Origin: an uncultured Clostridia bacterium
Lineage (GTDB): Bacteria; Bacillota; Clostridia; TANB77; CAG-508
DNA: 64,000 nt
Reading direction: 5' to 3'
NCBI GenBank assembly: GCA_944386715.1
Contig: CALXCD010000003.1
Coordinates: 3,294 to 67,293 of the forward strand
Position numbers and translations under genes: made by a program. Within the stretch, counting starts at the first letter, position 1; every line of letters begins with the position of its first letter. The notes under the pieces were generated by a model. It searched no databases, was not told where the DNA came from, and worked only from the letters and a program-made list of their open reading frames with translations. Shown here piece after piece: positions 1 through 9,200 of this stretch.

Positions 1-1
1 A

Positions 2-457
2 AATATAGAAGCTAAGGGAATTGAGCTAGATGGGTTTACAAAGATTACGATTATAGAAGCAAGTGTGGGTATTGCTACGATAGTAGTATTTATTGCAATT
101 TATTTAGGAATTATTTTCTTGATTGCAAGTTCTGCCATATTAGCTTTAAAACAATTAACTGAAAGTACAGATAATAAGCAAAGATATCTTATTTTAAGAA
201 AAATTGGTTGTGATGAAAAAATGATTCATCAGGCATTGTTTAGACAAATAGCAATTTTCTTTATGTTACCGCTTGTTTTAGCCATTATCCATTCTATTTT
301 TGGAATACAATTTGTATTAACAATGATGTCTACACTTGCAAGTAGTGAACAATTGTTACCTTCTGTTATTGCAACTGTGGTGATTATTGGAGTGATATAT
401 GGTTTATATTTCTTAGCAACGTATTTAGGAAGTAAAAATATTATTAAAGAAGAATAA
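2..457 (+). CDS. FtsX-family ABC transporter permease, C-terminal fragment (BceB-like); 5' end lies upstream of the window
   Basis: The frame is open from base 2. The translated tail has hydrophobic TM helices plus a KQLTESTDNKQRY..LRKIG segment typical of the last FtsX repeat of BceB-type permeases. Confidence 0.7.
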   Translation, partial: NIEAKGIELDGFTKITIIEASVGIATIVVFIAIYLGIIFLIASSAILALKQLTESTDNKQRYLILRKIGCDEKMIHQALFRQIAIFFMLPLVLAIIHSIFGIQFVLTMMSTLASSEQLLPSVIATVVIIGVIYGLYFLATYLGSKNIIKEE

Positions 458-541
458 ATAGTTTAAGAGGATTTTATATCATACTAAAAAACTTGATAGA
501 TAGATATTTTAAATCAAAAAATAATATTATATTTAGTTATT

Positions 542-695
542 ATTCAGTCCCAGGTATAATTATATTATTTTTTACACTTTGTGTGTTGCAACTTTTATAA
601 AACAAAAAAAGAAAGTTGCTCCAATCGCACTGCAGTTTTGCTCGTTTGGTCGCTACGCAGTGTTAAAAATAATATAATTATACCTGGGACTGAAT
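542..695 (+). repeat. Structured intergenic repeat, copy 1 (conserved core closed by a 36-nt inverted repeat)
   Basis: Arms 542-577 and 660-695 are complementary at 35 of 36 positions (hand count). The core TTTTTTACACTTTGTGTGTTGCAAC...GTTGCTCCAATCGCACT recurs at 25411 and 39445. An inner hairpin pairs 588-595 with 612-619. Confidence 0.7.
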
Positions 696-739
696 TGTAG
701 CAATATTTACACATTTTTATTAAAAAATACAAAAAAATA

Positions 740-770
740 TTGACTTAGAGCTAACTCTAAGTGATATGAT
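740..770 (+). promoter_or_regulatory. MerR-type promoter: TTGACT, 19-bp spacer, TATGAT, with a perfect dyad CTTAGAG-N4-CTCTAAG inside the spacer
   Basis: The -35 is at 740-745 and the -10 at 765-770. The spacer is 19 bp by hand count and the dyad is at 744-750/755-761. A MerR gene lies in the downstream operon. Confidence 0.6.
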
Positions 771-799
771 GATTGCATAAAAAAGAAGGAGTGATTTAA

Positions 800-1927
800 A
801 TGGGATATTTGGGCGAAGAAATAAAAAAATTAGGATTTGGATTAATGCGATTACCACAAAAGGAAGGAAAAATAGATATTGAGCAAACAAAAGAAATGGT
901 AGACCACTTTATGAAAGCCGGATTTACTTATTTTGATACAGCATGGGCTTATGCAGGGAGTGAAGATGCTATTCGTGAGTCTTTAGTAGAACGTTATCCA
1001 AGAGAAAGCTTTCAATTAGCAACGAAAAATGCGGCTTGGATTAATTGCAAAACAAGAGAAGAAGCGATTGCTCAATTTGATACATCTTTAAAACAAACTG
1101 GTGCAGGTTATTTCGATTTTTACTTATTACATAATTTAGGAGAAGGAAGAACGAAGTTTTTTGATGAATTCAATATGTGGGATTGGATTATAGAAAAAAA
1201 GAAGGAAGGAAAAATAAAACATGCAGGATTTTCTTTTCACTCTACCCCAGAAGAATTAGAAGAAATTTTAAAAAAACATCCAGAAATGGAATTCGTGCAA
1301 CTCCAAATCAATTATGCTGACTGGGAAAACCATGCTATTCAATCAAAGGCTTGTTACGAAGTAGCTAGAAAATATGAAAAACCAGTTATCATTATGGAAC
1401 CTGTAAAAGGAGGAATGCTTGCTAACCCACCAGAGGCGGTTCAAGAAGTATTTAAAAAAGCAAATCCAGATGCCTCTATTGCTTCATGGGCTATTAAATT
1501 TGCTGCTAATTTAGAAGGTGTTATAACGGTTTTATCCGGAATGAGTAATATTGAACAAATGGATGATAATTTATCTTTTATGAAAGATTTTACCAAATTA
1601 TCTGAAAGTGAAAAAGCGACTATTGGGAAGGCACAAAAGGTATTAAAAAGTATTCCTTTAATCCCATGTACAACATGTAATTATTGTGCTAAAGTTTGTC
1701 CAATGCATATAGGAATTTCTGGTTCTTTTACAGCAATGAATTATTTTACTTTATATCGTGATAAAGCAGCAGCAAAACATCAGGAAGAATGGCTTGTTGG
1801 TGGTCATGGATTAAAGAATGCTAGAGAATGTATTAAATGTGGAAAATGTGAGGCAGTGTGTCCACAACATATTTCTATTAGAGAAGAACTTGTTAAAGTA
1901 GATAGAGCATTAAGTAGTGATGCTTAA
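800..1927 (+). CDS. Aldo/keto reductase with C-terminal 2x[4Fe-4S] ferredoxin-type domain
   Basis: AKR-like N-terminal region (GFGLMRLP, FDTAWAY). The C-terminus has two CxxCxxCxxxCP motifs (CTTCNYCAKVCP, CIKCGKCEAVCP). An SD (AAGGAG) lies upstream. Confidence 0.85.
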   Translation: MGYLGEEIKKLGFGLMRLPQKEGKIDIEQTKEMVDHFMKAGFTYFDTAWAYAGSEDAIRESLVERYPRESFQLATKNAAWINCKTREEAIAQFDTSLKQTGAGYFDFYLLHNLGEGRTKFFDEFNMWDWIIEKKKEGKIKHAGFSFHSTPEELEEILKKHPEMEFVQLQINYADWENHAIQSKACYEVARKYEKPVIIMEPVKGGMLANPPEAVQEVFKKANPDASIASWAIKFAANLEGVITVLSGMSNIEQMDDNLSFMKDFTKLSESEKATIGKAQKVLKSIPLIPCTTCNYCAKVCPMHIGISGSFTAMNYFTLYRDKAAAKHQEEWLVGGHGLKNARECIKCGKCEAVCPQHISIREELVKVDRALSSDA

Positions 1928-1971
1928 AAAGTTAATTAAAATAGATTTATTAGAAAGGAATGTGAGTAAAA

Positions 1972-2391
1972 ATGGAAAAAGAAGAACATGGAGGAATTTT
2001 TGGACAAGGAGAGCCAAATGTAAATTTTGCACAATATTTTATAGGAAATTCTTATTTAAATCCTTTGGCAAAAACAGAAAATCTTTCTATCGCAAATGTA
2101 ACATTTGAACCTAGATGTAGAAACAATTGGCATATTCATCATGCTACAAAAGGTGGGGGACAAATTTTAATATGCGTAGATGGTGAAGGATGGTATCAAG
2201 AAGAGGGAAAAACAGCGCAAAGTTTAAAACCTGGAGATGTGGTTACCATACCTGCAAATGTTAAACATTGGCATGGTGCAAAAAAAGATTCTTGGTTTAG
2301 TCATTTAGCAGTAGAAGTACCAGGCGAAAATACAAGTAACGAATGGTGTGAACCAGTGGTTGATGAAGAATATGACAAGTTAGGAGAATAA
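1972..2391 (+). CDS. Cupin domain protein
   Basis: Shows the cupin pattern NNWHIHH...GGQILICVDGEGW...GDVVTIPANVKHWHGA. An SD (AGGAATGTGAG) lies upstream. Confidence 0.8.
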   Translation: MEKEEHGGIFGQGEPNVNFAQYFIGNSYLNPLAKTENLSIANVTFEPRCRNNWHIHHATKGGGQILICVDGEGWYQEEGKTAQSLKPGDVVTIPANVKHWHGAKKDSWFSHLAVEVPGENTSNEWCEPVVDEEYDKLGE

Positions 2392-2428
2392 TTTGAAAAA
2401 ATAAAGACAATATATAAATAGGTAGGAA

Positions 2429-2827
2429 GTGATGGGAGAAATGACGATAGCAGAAGTAAGTAAAAAATATAATGTAACACCAGATACCATAAGATATTAT
2501 GAAAAGATAGGGCTATTACCAACCATTCCAAGAACGAAGAATGGCATAAGAAATTTTGATGAACAATCTTGCAGATGGTTAGAATTTATTAAGTGCATGA
2601 GAAGTGCGGGAATGGAAATAGAAATATTAATGCAATATATTTCCTTATATAGAAAGGGAAAAAGTACAGTAAATGAGAGGAAAAAATTGTTGGAAGGTCA
2701 AAGAGAAAAATTATTAGAAAAACAAAAAAATATTAATCAAACCATTGAAAGACTAAATTATAAGATAGAATTGTACGAAGAAATAACTTCAGGCAAGAGA
2801 AAAGATTTTACAGAAGAGATATTTTAA
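2429..2827 (+). CDS. MerR family transcriptional regulator
   Basis: N-terminal HTH (IAEVSKKYNVTPDTIRYYEKIGLL) followed by a coiled-coil dimerisation helix. The true start may be the ATG at 2432 or 2441. Confidence 0.85.
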   Translation: MMGEMTIAEVSKKYNVTPDTIRYYEKIGLLPTIPRTKNGIRNFDEQSCRWLEFIKCMRSAGMEIEILMQYISLYRKGKSTVNERKKLLEGQREKLLEKQKNINQTIERLNYKIELYEEITSGKRKDFTEEIF

Positions 2828-2855
2828 AAATTTATAAAGAAAGGATAGATGTAAA

Positions 2856-3749
2856 ATGGAAAAAGCGAAGGTATATTTTACAAGAGAAATAACCCCAGAA
2901 AGTGTTGTAAAAATGTATGAAACTTTAGGAGTAAAATTGCCGGGAAAAGTAGCTGTCAAATTACATTCAGGAGAAAAAGGAAATCAAAACTATATTAGAC
3001 CTGAATTTGTAAAAGCTATTGTAGAACATGTGAATGGAACAGTAGTGGAATGTAATACTGCTTATGAAGGTGCGAGAAATGCTACACAAAAGCATAAAGA
3101 ATTGATAAAAGAACACGGGTGGACAAAATATTTTGATGTAGATATCATGGATGCAGAAGGACCAGATAAAGAACTTCAAGTAGTAAATGGAAAAATATTA
3201 ACTAAAAATTATGTGGGAAAAAATATTGATAATTATGATTCTATGTTAGTATTATCTCATTTTAAAGGACATCCAATGGGAGGATATGGAGGAGCATTAA
3301 AACAATTATCAATAGGTGTTTCTTCTAGTAGAGGTAAATCTTGGATTCATAGTGCAGGAGTTACAGATAAGCAAGAAGAAGTATGGGATAGATTGCCAGA
3401 ACAAGATAAATTTCTAGAAGCAATGGCAGATGCGGCATCTACCGTTCATGAATTCTTTAAAAATAAAATTGTATATATTAATGTTATGTGTAATTTATCT
3501 GTTGATTGTGATTGTTGTGCAGTTGCAGAAGACCCATGTATGAAAGACATTGGAATTCTTGCAAGCACAGATCCAATAGCCATAGACCAAGCATGTATAG
3601 ATTTTATTTATCAATCAACAGACCCGGGAAGAGACCATTTTGTAGAAAGAGTAGAAAGACAACATGGAATTCATACCATTGAGGCAGCAGCTGAACTTGG
3701 ATTTGGTACAAGAGAATATGAACTAATAGATATGGATAAACAAGAATAA
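2856..3749 (+). CDS. DUF362 domain protein (Cys-rich, probable metal/Fe-S site)
   Basis: The N-terminus (KVYFT...VAVKLHSGEKGN...VVECNTAY) matches what I recall of DUF362 proteins. It also carries a CNLSVDCDCCAVAEDPC cluster. Confidence 0.7.
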   Translation: MEKAKVYFTREITPESVVKMYETLGVKLPGKVAVKLHSGEKGNQNYIRPEFVKAIVEHVNGTVVECNTAYEGARNATQKHKELIKEHGWTKYFDVDIMDAEGPDKELQVVNGKILTKNYVGKNIDNYDSMLVLSHFKGHPMGGYGGALKQLSIGVSSSRGKSWIHSAGVTDKQEEVWDRLPEQDKFLEAMADAASTVHEFFKNKIVYINVMCNLSVDCDCCAVAEDPCMKDIGILASTDPIAIDQACIDFIYQSTDPGRDHFVERVERQHGIHTIEAAAELGFGTREYELIDMDKQE

Positions 3750-3761
3750 GGTGGAATAAAA

Positions 3762-4928
3762 ATGAAAACATTATATTTTGATTGTTCTAGTGGAATAAGT
3801 GGAAATATGACTATTGGAGCATTACTAGAAATTGTAGAAGATAAAGAGTACTTATTAAAAGAATTAAAAAAATTGAATTTAGAAGGATATAAAATAGAAA
3901 TATCTAAAAAAGTAAAAAATGGAATTACAGGAACTTATGTGGATGTTATTTTAGAACATTCACATGAGCATCTTGACCATAAAGAACATCATCATGTACA
4001 TAGAAATCTAGAAGATATCTATACTATTATTGATAATAGTAGTATAGATGAAAAAACGAAACAATTATCTAAAAGAATATTTGAAAGAGTAGCGAGAGCA
4101 GAAAGTAAAGTGCATCATAAACCTTTAGAAGAAGTACATTTTCATGAAGTAGGGGCAATAGATTCTATTGTTGATATTGTAGGAACAGCAATTTTGATTC
4201 ATAAAATAAATCCAGATAATATCATATCTAGTGTTGTAAATGATGGTTATGGATTTATAGAATGTGCACATGGTATGATATCTGTTCCAGTACCTGCAAC
4301 TAGTGAAATATTTGCAGAAGCATCTGTAAAATGTAGACAAATTGATATTGATACAGAACTAGTAACACCAACAGGAGCAGCTATAATAGCAGAATTGGCA
4401 ACAGAATTTACGACACTTCCAACTATGAGAATAAAGAAAGTAGGTTGGGGAGCAGGAACAAAAGATTTAAAAATACCAAATGTTTTGAAAATATATGAAG
4501 GAGAGATGGAAACATCTACTCAAAATATTGTAGTGATGGAAACTAATATAGATGATTGTAGTGGAGAAATATTAGGATATACAGAGGAACAATTATTTAA
4601 AAATGGAGCATTAGATGTATTTTATACACCAATTTTTATGAAGAAAAATAGACCAGCTTATCGTTTGACAGTAGTTTGTAAAAAAGAGGATATGTTTTTA
4701 CTACAAAATATCATTTTTAAGCAAACTACTACAATTGGAATTCGATATCGATTTGAATCAAGAACAGAACTTCCAAGGGAAATGATAGAGATAGAAACTA
4801 AATATGGTAAGGTAAAAGCTAAAAAAGTAATGAATGATGGTGAAGTATATCTATATCCAGAATATGAAAGTATCAAGCAATTAGCAGAGAAAAATGATAT
4901 CTCTTTAAAAAAGTTTTATCAATTTTAA
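3762..4928 (+). CDS. larC: Nickel-pincer cofactor biosynthesis protein LarC (DUF111 nickel insertase)
   Basis: The N-terminus MKTLYFDCSSGISGNM.IGALL and the His-rich stretch EHSHEHLDHKEHHHVH are characteristic of LarC. Confidence 0.85.
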   Translation: MKTLYFDCSSGISGNMTIGALLEIVEDKEYLLKELKKLNLEGYKIEISKKVKNGITGTYVDVILEHSHEHLDHKEHHHVHRNLEDIYTIIDNSSIDEKTKQLSKRIFERVARAESKVHHKPLEEVHFHEVGAIDSIVDIVGTAILIHKINPDNIISSVVNDGYGFIECAHGMISVPVPATSEIFAEASVKCRQIDIDTELVTPTGAAIIAELATEFTTLPTMRIKKVGWGAGTKDLKIPNVLKIYEGEMETSTQNIVVMETNIDDCSGEILGYTEEQLFKNGALDVFYTPIFMKKNRPAYRLTVVCKKEDMFLLQNIIFKQTTTIGIRYRFESRTELPREMIEIETKYGKVKAKKVMNDGEVYLYPEYESIKQLAEKNDISLKKFYQF

Positions 4929-4945
4929 ATGAATAATATTAAGTT

Positions 4946-4975
4946 AAAAAAGACTAACTAGATTTAGTCTTTTTT
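4946..4975 (+). terminator. Rho-independent terminator after larC
   Basis: AAAAAAGACTA / TAGTCTTTTTT stem with an 8-nt loop and a T-run. Confidence 0.7.
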
Positions 4976-5044
4976 AGTTGCAAAAAGATAAAAAAAGTTA
5001 ATTTTACTGTAAATTTTTTTGAATTTTGTGTTATAATAAAAAAC

Positions 5045-6127
5045 ATGAAAAACAATAAATTTGAAAAAATAAATAATTTAATAAAAAAAGTAAAACGAGA
5101 AATAAAATATATACCAATAAGAATAAAAATATCTTTTGTAATGATATTAATTATTATAATTGCTTTAATATCTGTTTCAATCTTTATAGTAGATGAAAGC
5201 CAGCAAAAATATGAAATATACGAAGGAACAAATTTAAAAGAAGAAAAATATCCAGGATATAAAGAATTATTAGATAATCTGCAAGCTAGTCATCCTAATT
5301 GGACTTTTACATTATTTTATACAAGGCTTGATTGGGAAGAAGTAATCTCAAATGAAGGACATTCAGATACAAGAACGAACCCTTTAAATTTAATTCCAGA
5401 TTCTTCTGAATATCCAGAGGATTGGAGATGTGAAATAGATAAAGATAAAAGATTTGACAATGGAACATGGCTTTGTGCTTCAGATAAAGCAATAAGACAT
5501 CAAATGGATCCGAGAAATATTTTAAATGAAGAAAATATATTTCAATTTGTGGAATTAAAATATACGCAAGGAGCTCAAACAGTAGGTGGAATAAAATCAC
5601 TTACAGAAAATTCTTTTTTGGCAGGTGATAGTATTGCTAAAGCTCTAATACAAGCAGGAGAAAATGCAAATTTAGATGCGTATTTTATTACTTCTAGGTT
5701 AATACAAGAACAAGGTAGAAAAGGAACTGTTTTATCAAGAGGCTATGAATATAATGGAGAAATTGTATATAATCCATTTAATATAAGAGCAACCGGAAAT
5801 TCGAGAGAAGAAATACTACAAAATGCAGCACAATATGCCTATGAACAAGGATGGGATTCCTTAGAAGAAGCTTTAATTGGTGGAATAAATTTTGTCAAAA
5901 ACGATTATATTGATATAGGGCAAAACACATTGTATTTGCAAAAATTTGATATTGTAAATCAAGATGGGGAATTATATACAAATCAATATATGCAAAATTT
6001 ATTAGCACCTGAGTCAGAAGCAAGTAATATGAAATCTATATATGAAGCTTCAGATACGGTAGATGCCAATTTAAATTTTATCATACCTTTATATGAAAAT
6101 ATGCCAGAAGAATTTTCAGAATATTAG
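5045..6127 (+). CDS. Membrane-anchored peptidoglycan hydrolase (glucosaminidase domain)
   Basis: N-terminal TM helix. The C-terminal half (FITSRLIQEQGRKG...YNPFNI...YLQKFD) resembles mannosyl-glycoprotein endo-beta-N-acetylglucosaminidase domains. Confidence 0.6.
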   Translation: MKNNKFEKINNLIKKVKREIKYIPIRIKISFVMILIIIIALISVSIFIVDESQQKYEIYEGTNLKEEKYPGYKELLDNLQASHPNWTFTLFYTRLDWEEVISNEGHSDTRTNPLNLIPDSSEYPEDWRCEIDKDKRFDNGTWLCASDKAIRHQMDPRNILNEENIFQFVELKYTQGAQTVGGIKSLTENSFLAGDSIAKALIQAGENANLDAYFITSRLIQEQGRKGTVLSRGYEYNGEIVYNPFNIRATGNSREEILQNAAQYAYEQGWDSLEEALIGGINFVKNDYIDIGQNTLYLQKFDIVNQDGELYTNQYMQNLLAPESEASNMKSIYEASDTVDANLNFIIPLYENMPEEFSEY

Positions 6128-6211
6128 TTATAATCTATGTAGTAAAAATAAATAAAGGGAATGGTTTGATGACTATATTATGCATTATAGAAGGAGTAGG
6201 AGATTATATAT

Positions 6212-9200
6212 ATGTTACAAATAAAAAATATTCATAAACAATATAAAACAGGAGACCTAATACAAAAAGCTTTAGATGATGTGAGTTTAAACTTAAGAGA
6301 TAATGAATTTGTTGCGATTCTTGGACCAAGTGGTTCTGGAAAAACAACACTTCTAAATATTATTGGAGGTTTAGACCGTTATGATAAAGGGGATTTAATC
6401 ATAAATGGAATTTCTACTAAAAAATATAAAGATAGGGATTGGGATTCTTATCGTAATCATACAATTGGTTTTGTATTTCAAAGTTATAATTTGATACCAC
6501 ATCAAACTATTTTAGCAAATGTAGAATTAGCCTTAACCATATCAGGTGTATCTAAAAGTAAACGCAGGAAAAAAGCAATAAAGGCTCTTGAACAAGTAGG
6601 ACTTGCAAGCCAAATGCATAAAAAGCCAAACCAATTATCTGGTGGGCAAATGCAAAGAGTTGCAATAGCAAGAGCATTAGTAAATGACCCAGATATCGTA
6701 CTTGCGGATGAACCAACTGGTGCATTAGACAGTGACACGAGTGTTCAAGTAATGGAATTATTAAAAGAAGTAGCAAAAGACCGTTTAGTAGTAATGGTAA
6801 CACATAACCCAGAACTTGCAAGAAGCTATGCTACTCGTATTGTAAACATTAAAGATGGGAAAATACTTTCAGATACAAATCCTTATATCATAGAAAATGA
6901 GAAATATACGGAACCTGTACATAAGAACTTAGGAAAAACAACAATGTCTTTTTTCACTTCATTATCACTTAGTTTTAATAATTTAAAAACTAAAAAAGGA
7001 AGAACCATTTTAACATCTTTTGCTGGTTCTATTGGTATTATTGGTATAGCACTAATATTATCATTGTCAAATGGTGTTAATAGATATATTAAATCAGTTG
7101 AAGAAGATACATTATCAGAATATCCTTTGCAAATTCAAAGTTCAGGAGTTGATATTAGTTCATTATTGATGGGTTCAAGCAATGATGATGGTGATAATAA
7201 AGAAAGTGGAGATATCAATGTCAGCAAACGATTAACCAGTATGTTTTCTACAATAGGTTCTAATGATTTAGTATCCTTAAAGCAGTATTTAGAAAGTGAT
7301 GATTGCAATATTGAAGAATATGCAAAAGCTATTGAATATTCATATGATGTTACACCAAGAATTTATCATTCAGATATCGAAAATTTAAGACAAGTAAATC
7401 CAGATATTACTTTTTCAAGTTTGGGAATGGGTTCAGGAGCATCTACCAATAGTATGATGTCCAGCATGATGAGTACAGATGTATTTTTTCCGATGCCAAA
7501 AGATACAAACTTGTATGAAAGCCAATATGATGTAAAAGCAGGAAAATGGCCTACCAAATATAATGAATGTGTTTTGGTTTTAACATCAAAAGGAAATATT
7601 AGTGATTTTCTATTATATACATTAGGATTAAGAGATTATAATGAATTACAAAATTTAGTTACTCAATTTTCAAATGGAGAAGAAGTAAGTGCTCCTGACA
7701 ATTTAGGCTCTTATTCATATGATGATATTTTAGGAACTACTTTTAAATTGATTAATAATAGTGATTGTTATGAGTATGATGAAGAATATAAAATTTGGCG
7801 TGATAAAACTGACAATACTGAATACATGAAAAATATTGTTGCAAATGGAGAAGACTTAAAGATAGTTGGAATTGTACAACCAAAAGAAGGAGCAACAAGT
7901 ACTATGCTAACTAGCGGAATTGGTTATCCAGCATCTTTGACTGATTATGTGATGGAAAGTGCAAAAAACAGTAAAATTGTACAAGAACAATTAGCAAATC
8001 CAGGGATTAATGTATTTACAGGCAAAAGATTTGAGGAAACAGAAGAAGAAAATTCTTTTGATATGAATTCTTTAATTGATGTAGATACAAATGCAATTAG
8101 GTCAGCTTTTAAGTTAGACCAATCAAAAATAAAAGTGGATTTTGGAAACTTAAATAATATATTAACACAAAACTCATTACCAGCTCTTAATATAAATGAT
8201 ATTTTAAGTAATATTAAATTTTCTATGTCAAGTGAAGATATACAAAGAATCATAAGTGACTTTTTAAACGGTTATGAAGAATATGTACAAAACAAACCAG
8301 GAGCTAATATAAGTCAAATAGGTAAGCAATTGTCAGAATATTTGCAATCAAAAGAAGTGAATGAATTATTAAATAAAAAAATTCAAGAAATTATTCAGGA
8401 AAATGGTAGTTTAACAATTACGCAGGAACAATTGCAAGAAATTATGAAAGAAATTTTAGCAGGATATGAGAAGTATGTAGATGACAATGAGTTGGTAAGG
8501 GTAGAAGATTTGAATAAGTACCTTATGGAATATCTTGATTCAGAAGAAGCAAAAAATATTATTACCAATAATATATCACAAATAATAACATCTCAAAATT
8601 TAGATAAGCAAATATCTACTATCATGGAAAAATATATGCAAAATGTCGTAGGGACAATTAGCAAAAGTATTCAAAAACAAATGGAATCAAGCATTCGAAC
8701 TTTGAGTAAATCTATAACAGGTGCCATTAGTATAGATGAAAATGCTTTTATTGGTGCATTTCAGATGAAAATGAATGAAGAAGAATTATCAGAACTATTA
8801 AAATCTTTTATGTCTAAGGAAAGTGTTACTTATGACAATAACTTAAAAAAATTAAATTATGCTAATTTTGATGAACCAGATGGAATTAATATTTATCCAA
8901 AAGATTTTGAAGGAAATAAGGCAATTACTAATTTATTAAATGATTATAATAATCGTATGCAAGAGAATGGAGAAGAAGATAAAGTGATTTCATTTTCTGA
9001 TATGGTAGGAACATTGATGAGTTCTGTAACGACCATTGTTAACACGATTAGTTATGTGCTAATTGCTTTTGTTGCTATATCATTAGTCGTTTCTTCTATT
9101 ATGATTGGTGTTATTACTTATATCAGTGTATTAGAACGAAAAAAGGAGATTGGAATTTTAAGAGCAATGGGAGCATCTAAACATAATGTGTCACAAGTAT

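Noticed and set aside
1917-2108. A 63-aa ORF bridging the AKR and cupin genes. Similar out-of-frame ORFs occur at 30122-30319 and 53175-53363.
   Set aside because: They overlap better-supported genes or a promoter out of frame. They are Lys/Arg/Asn-rich in a nonsense-like way and have no SD.
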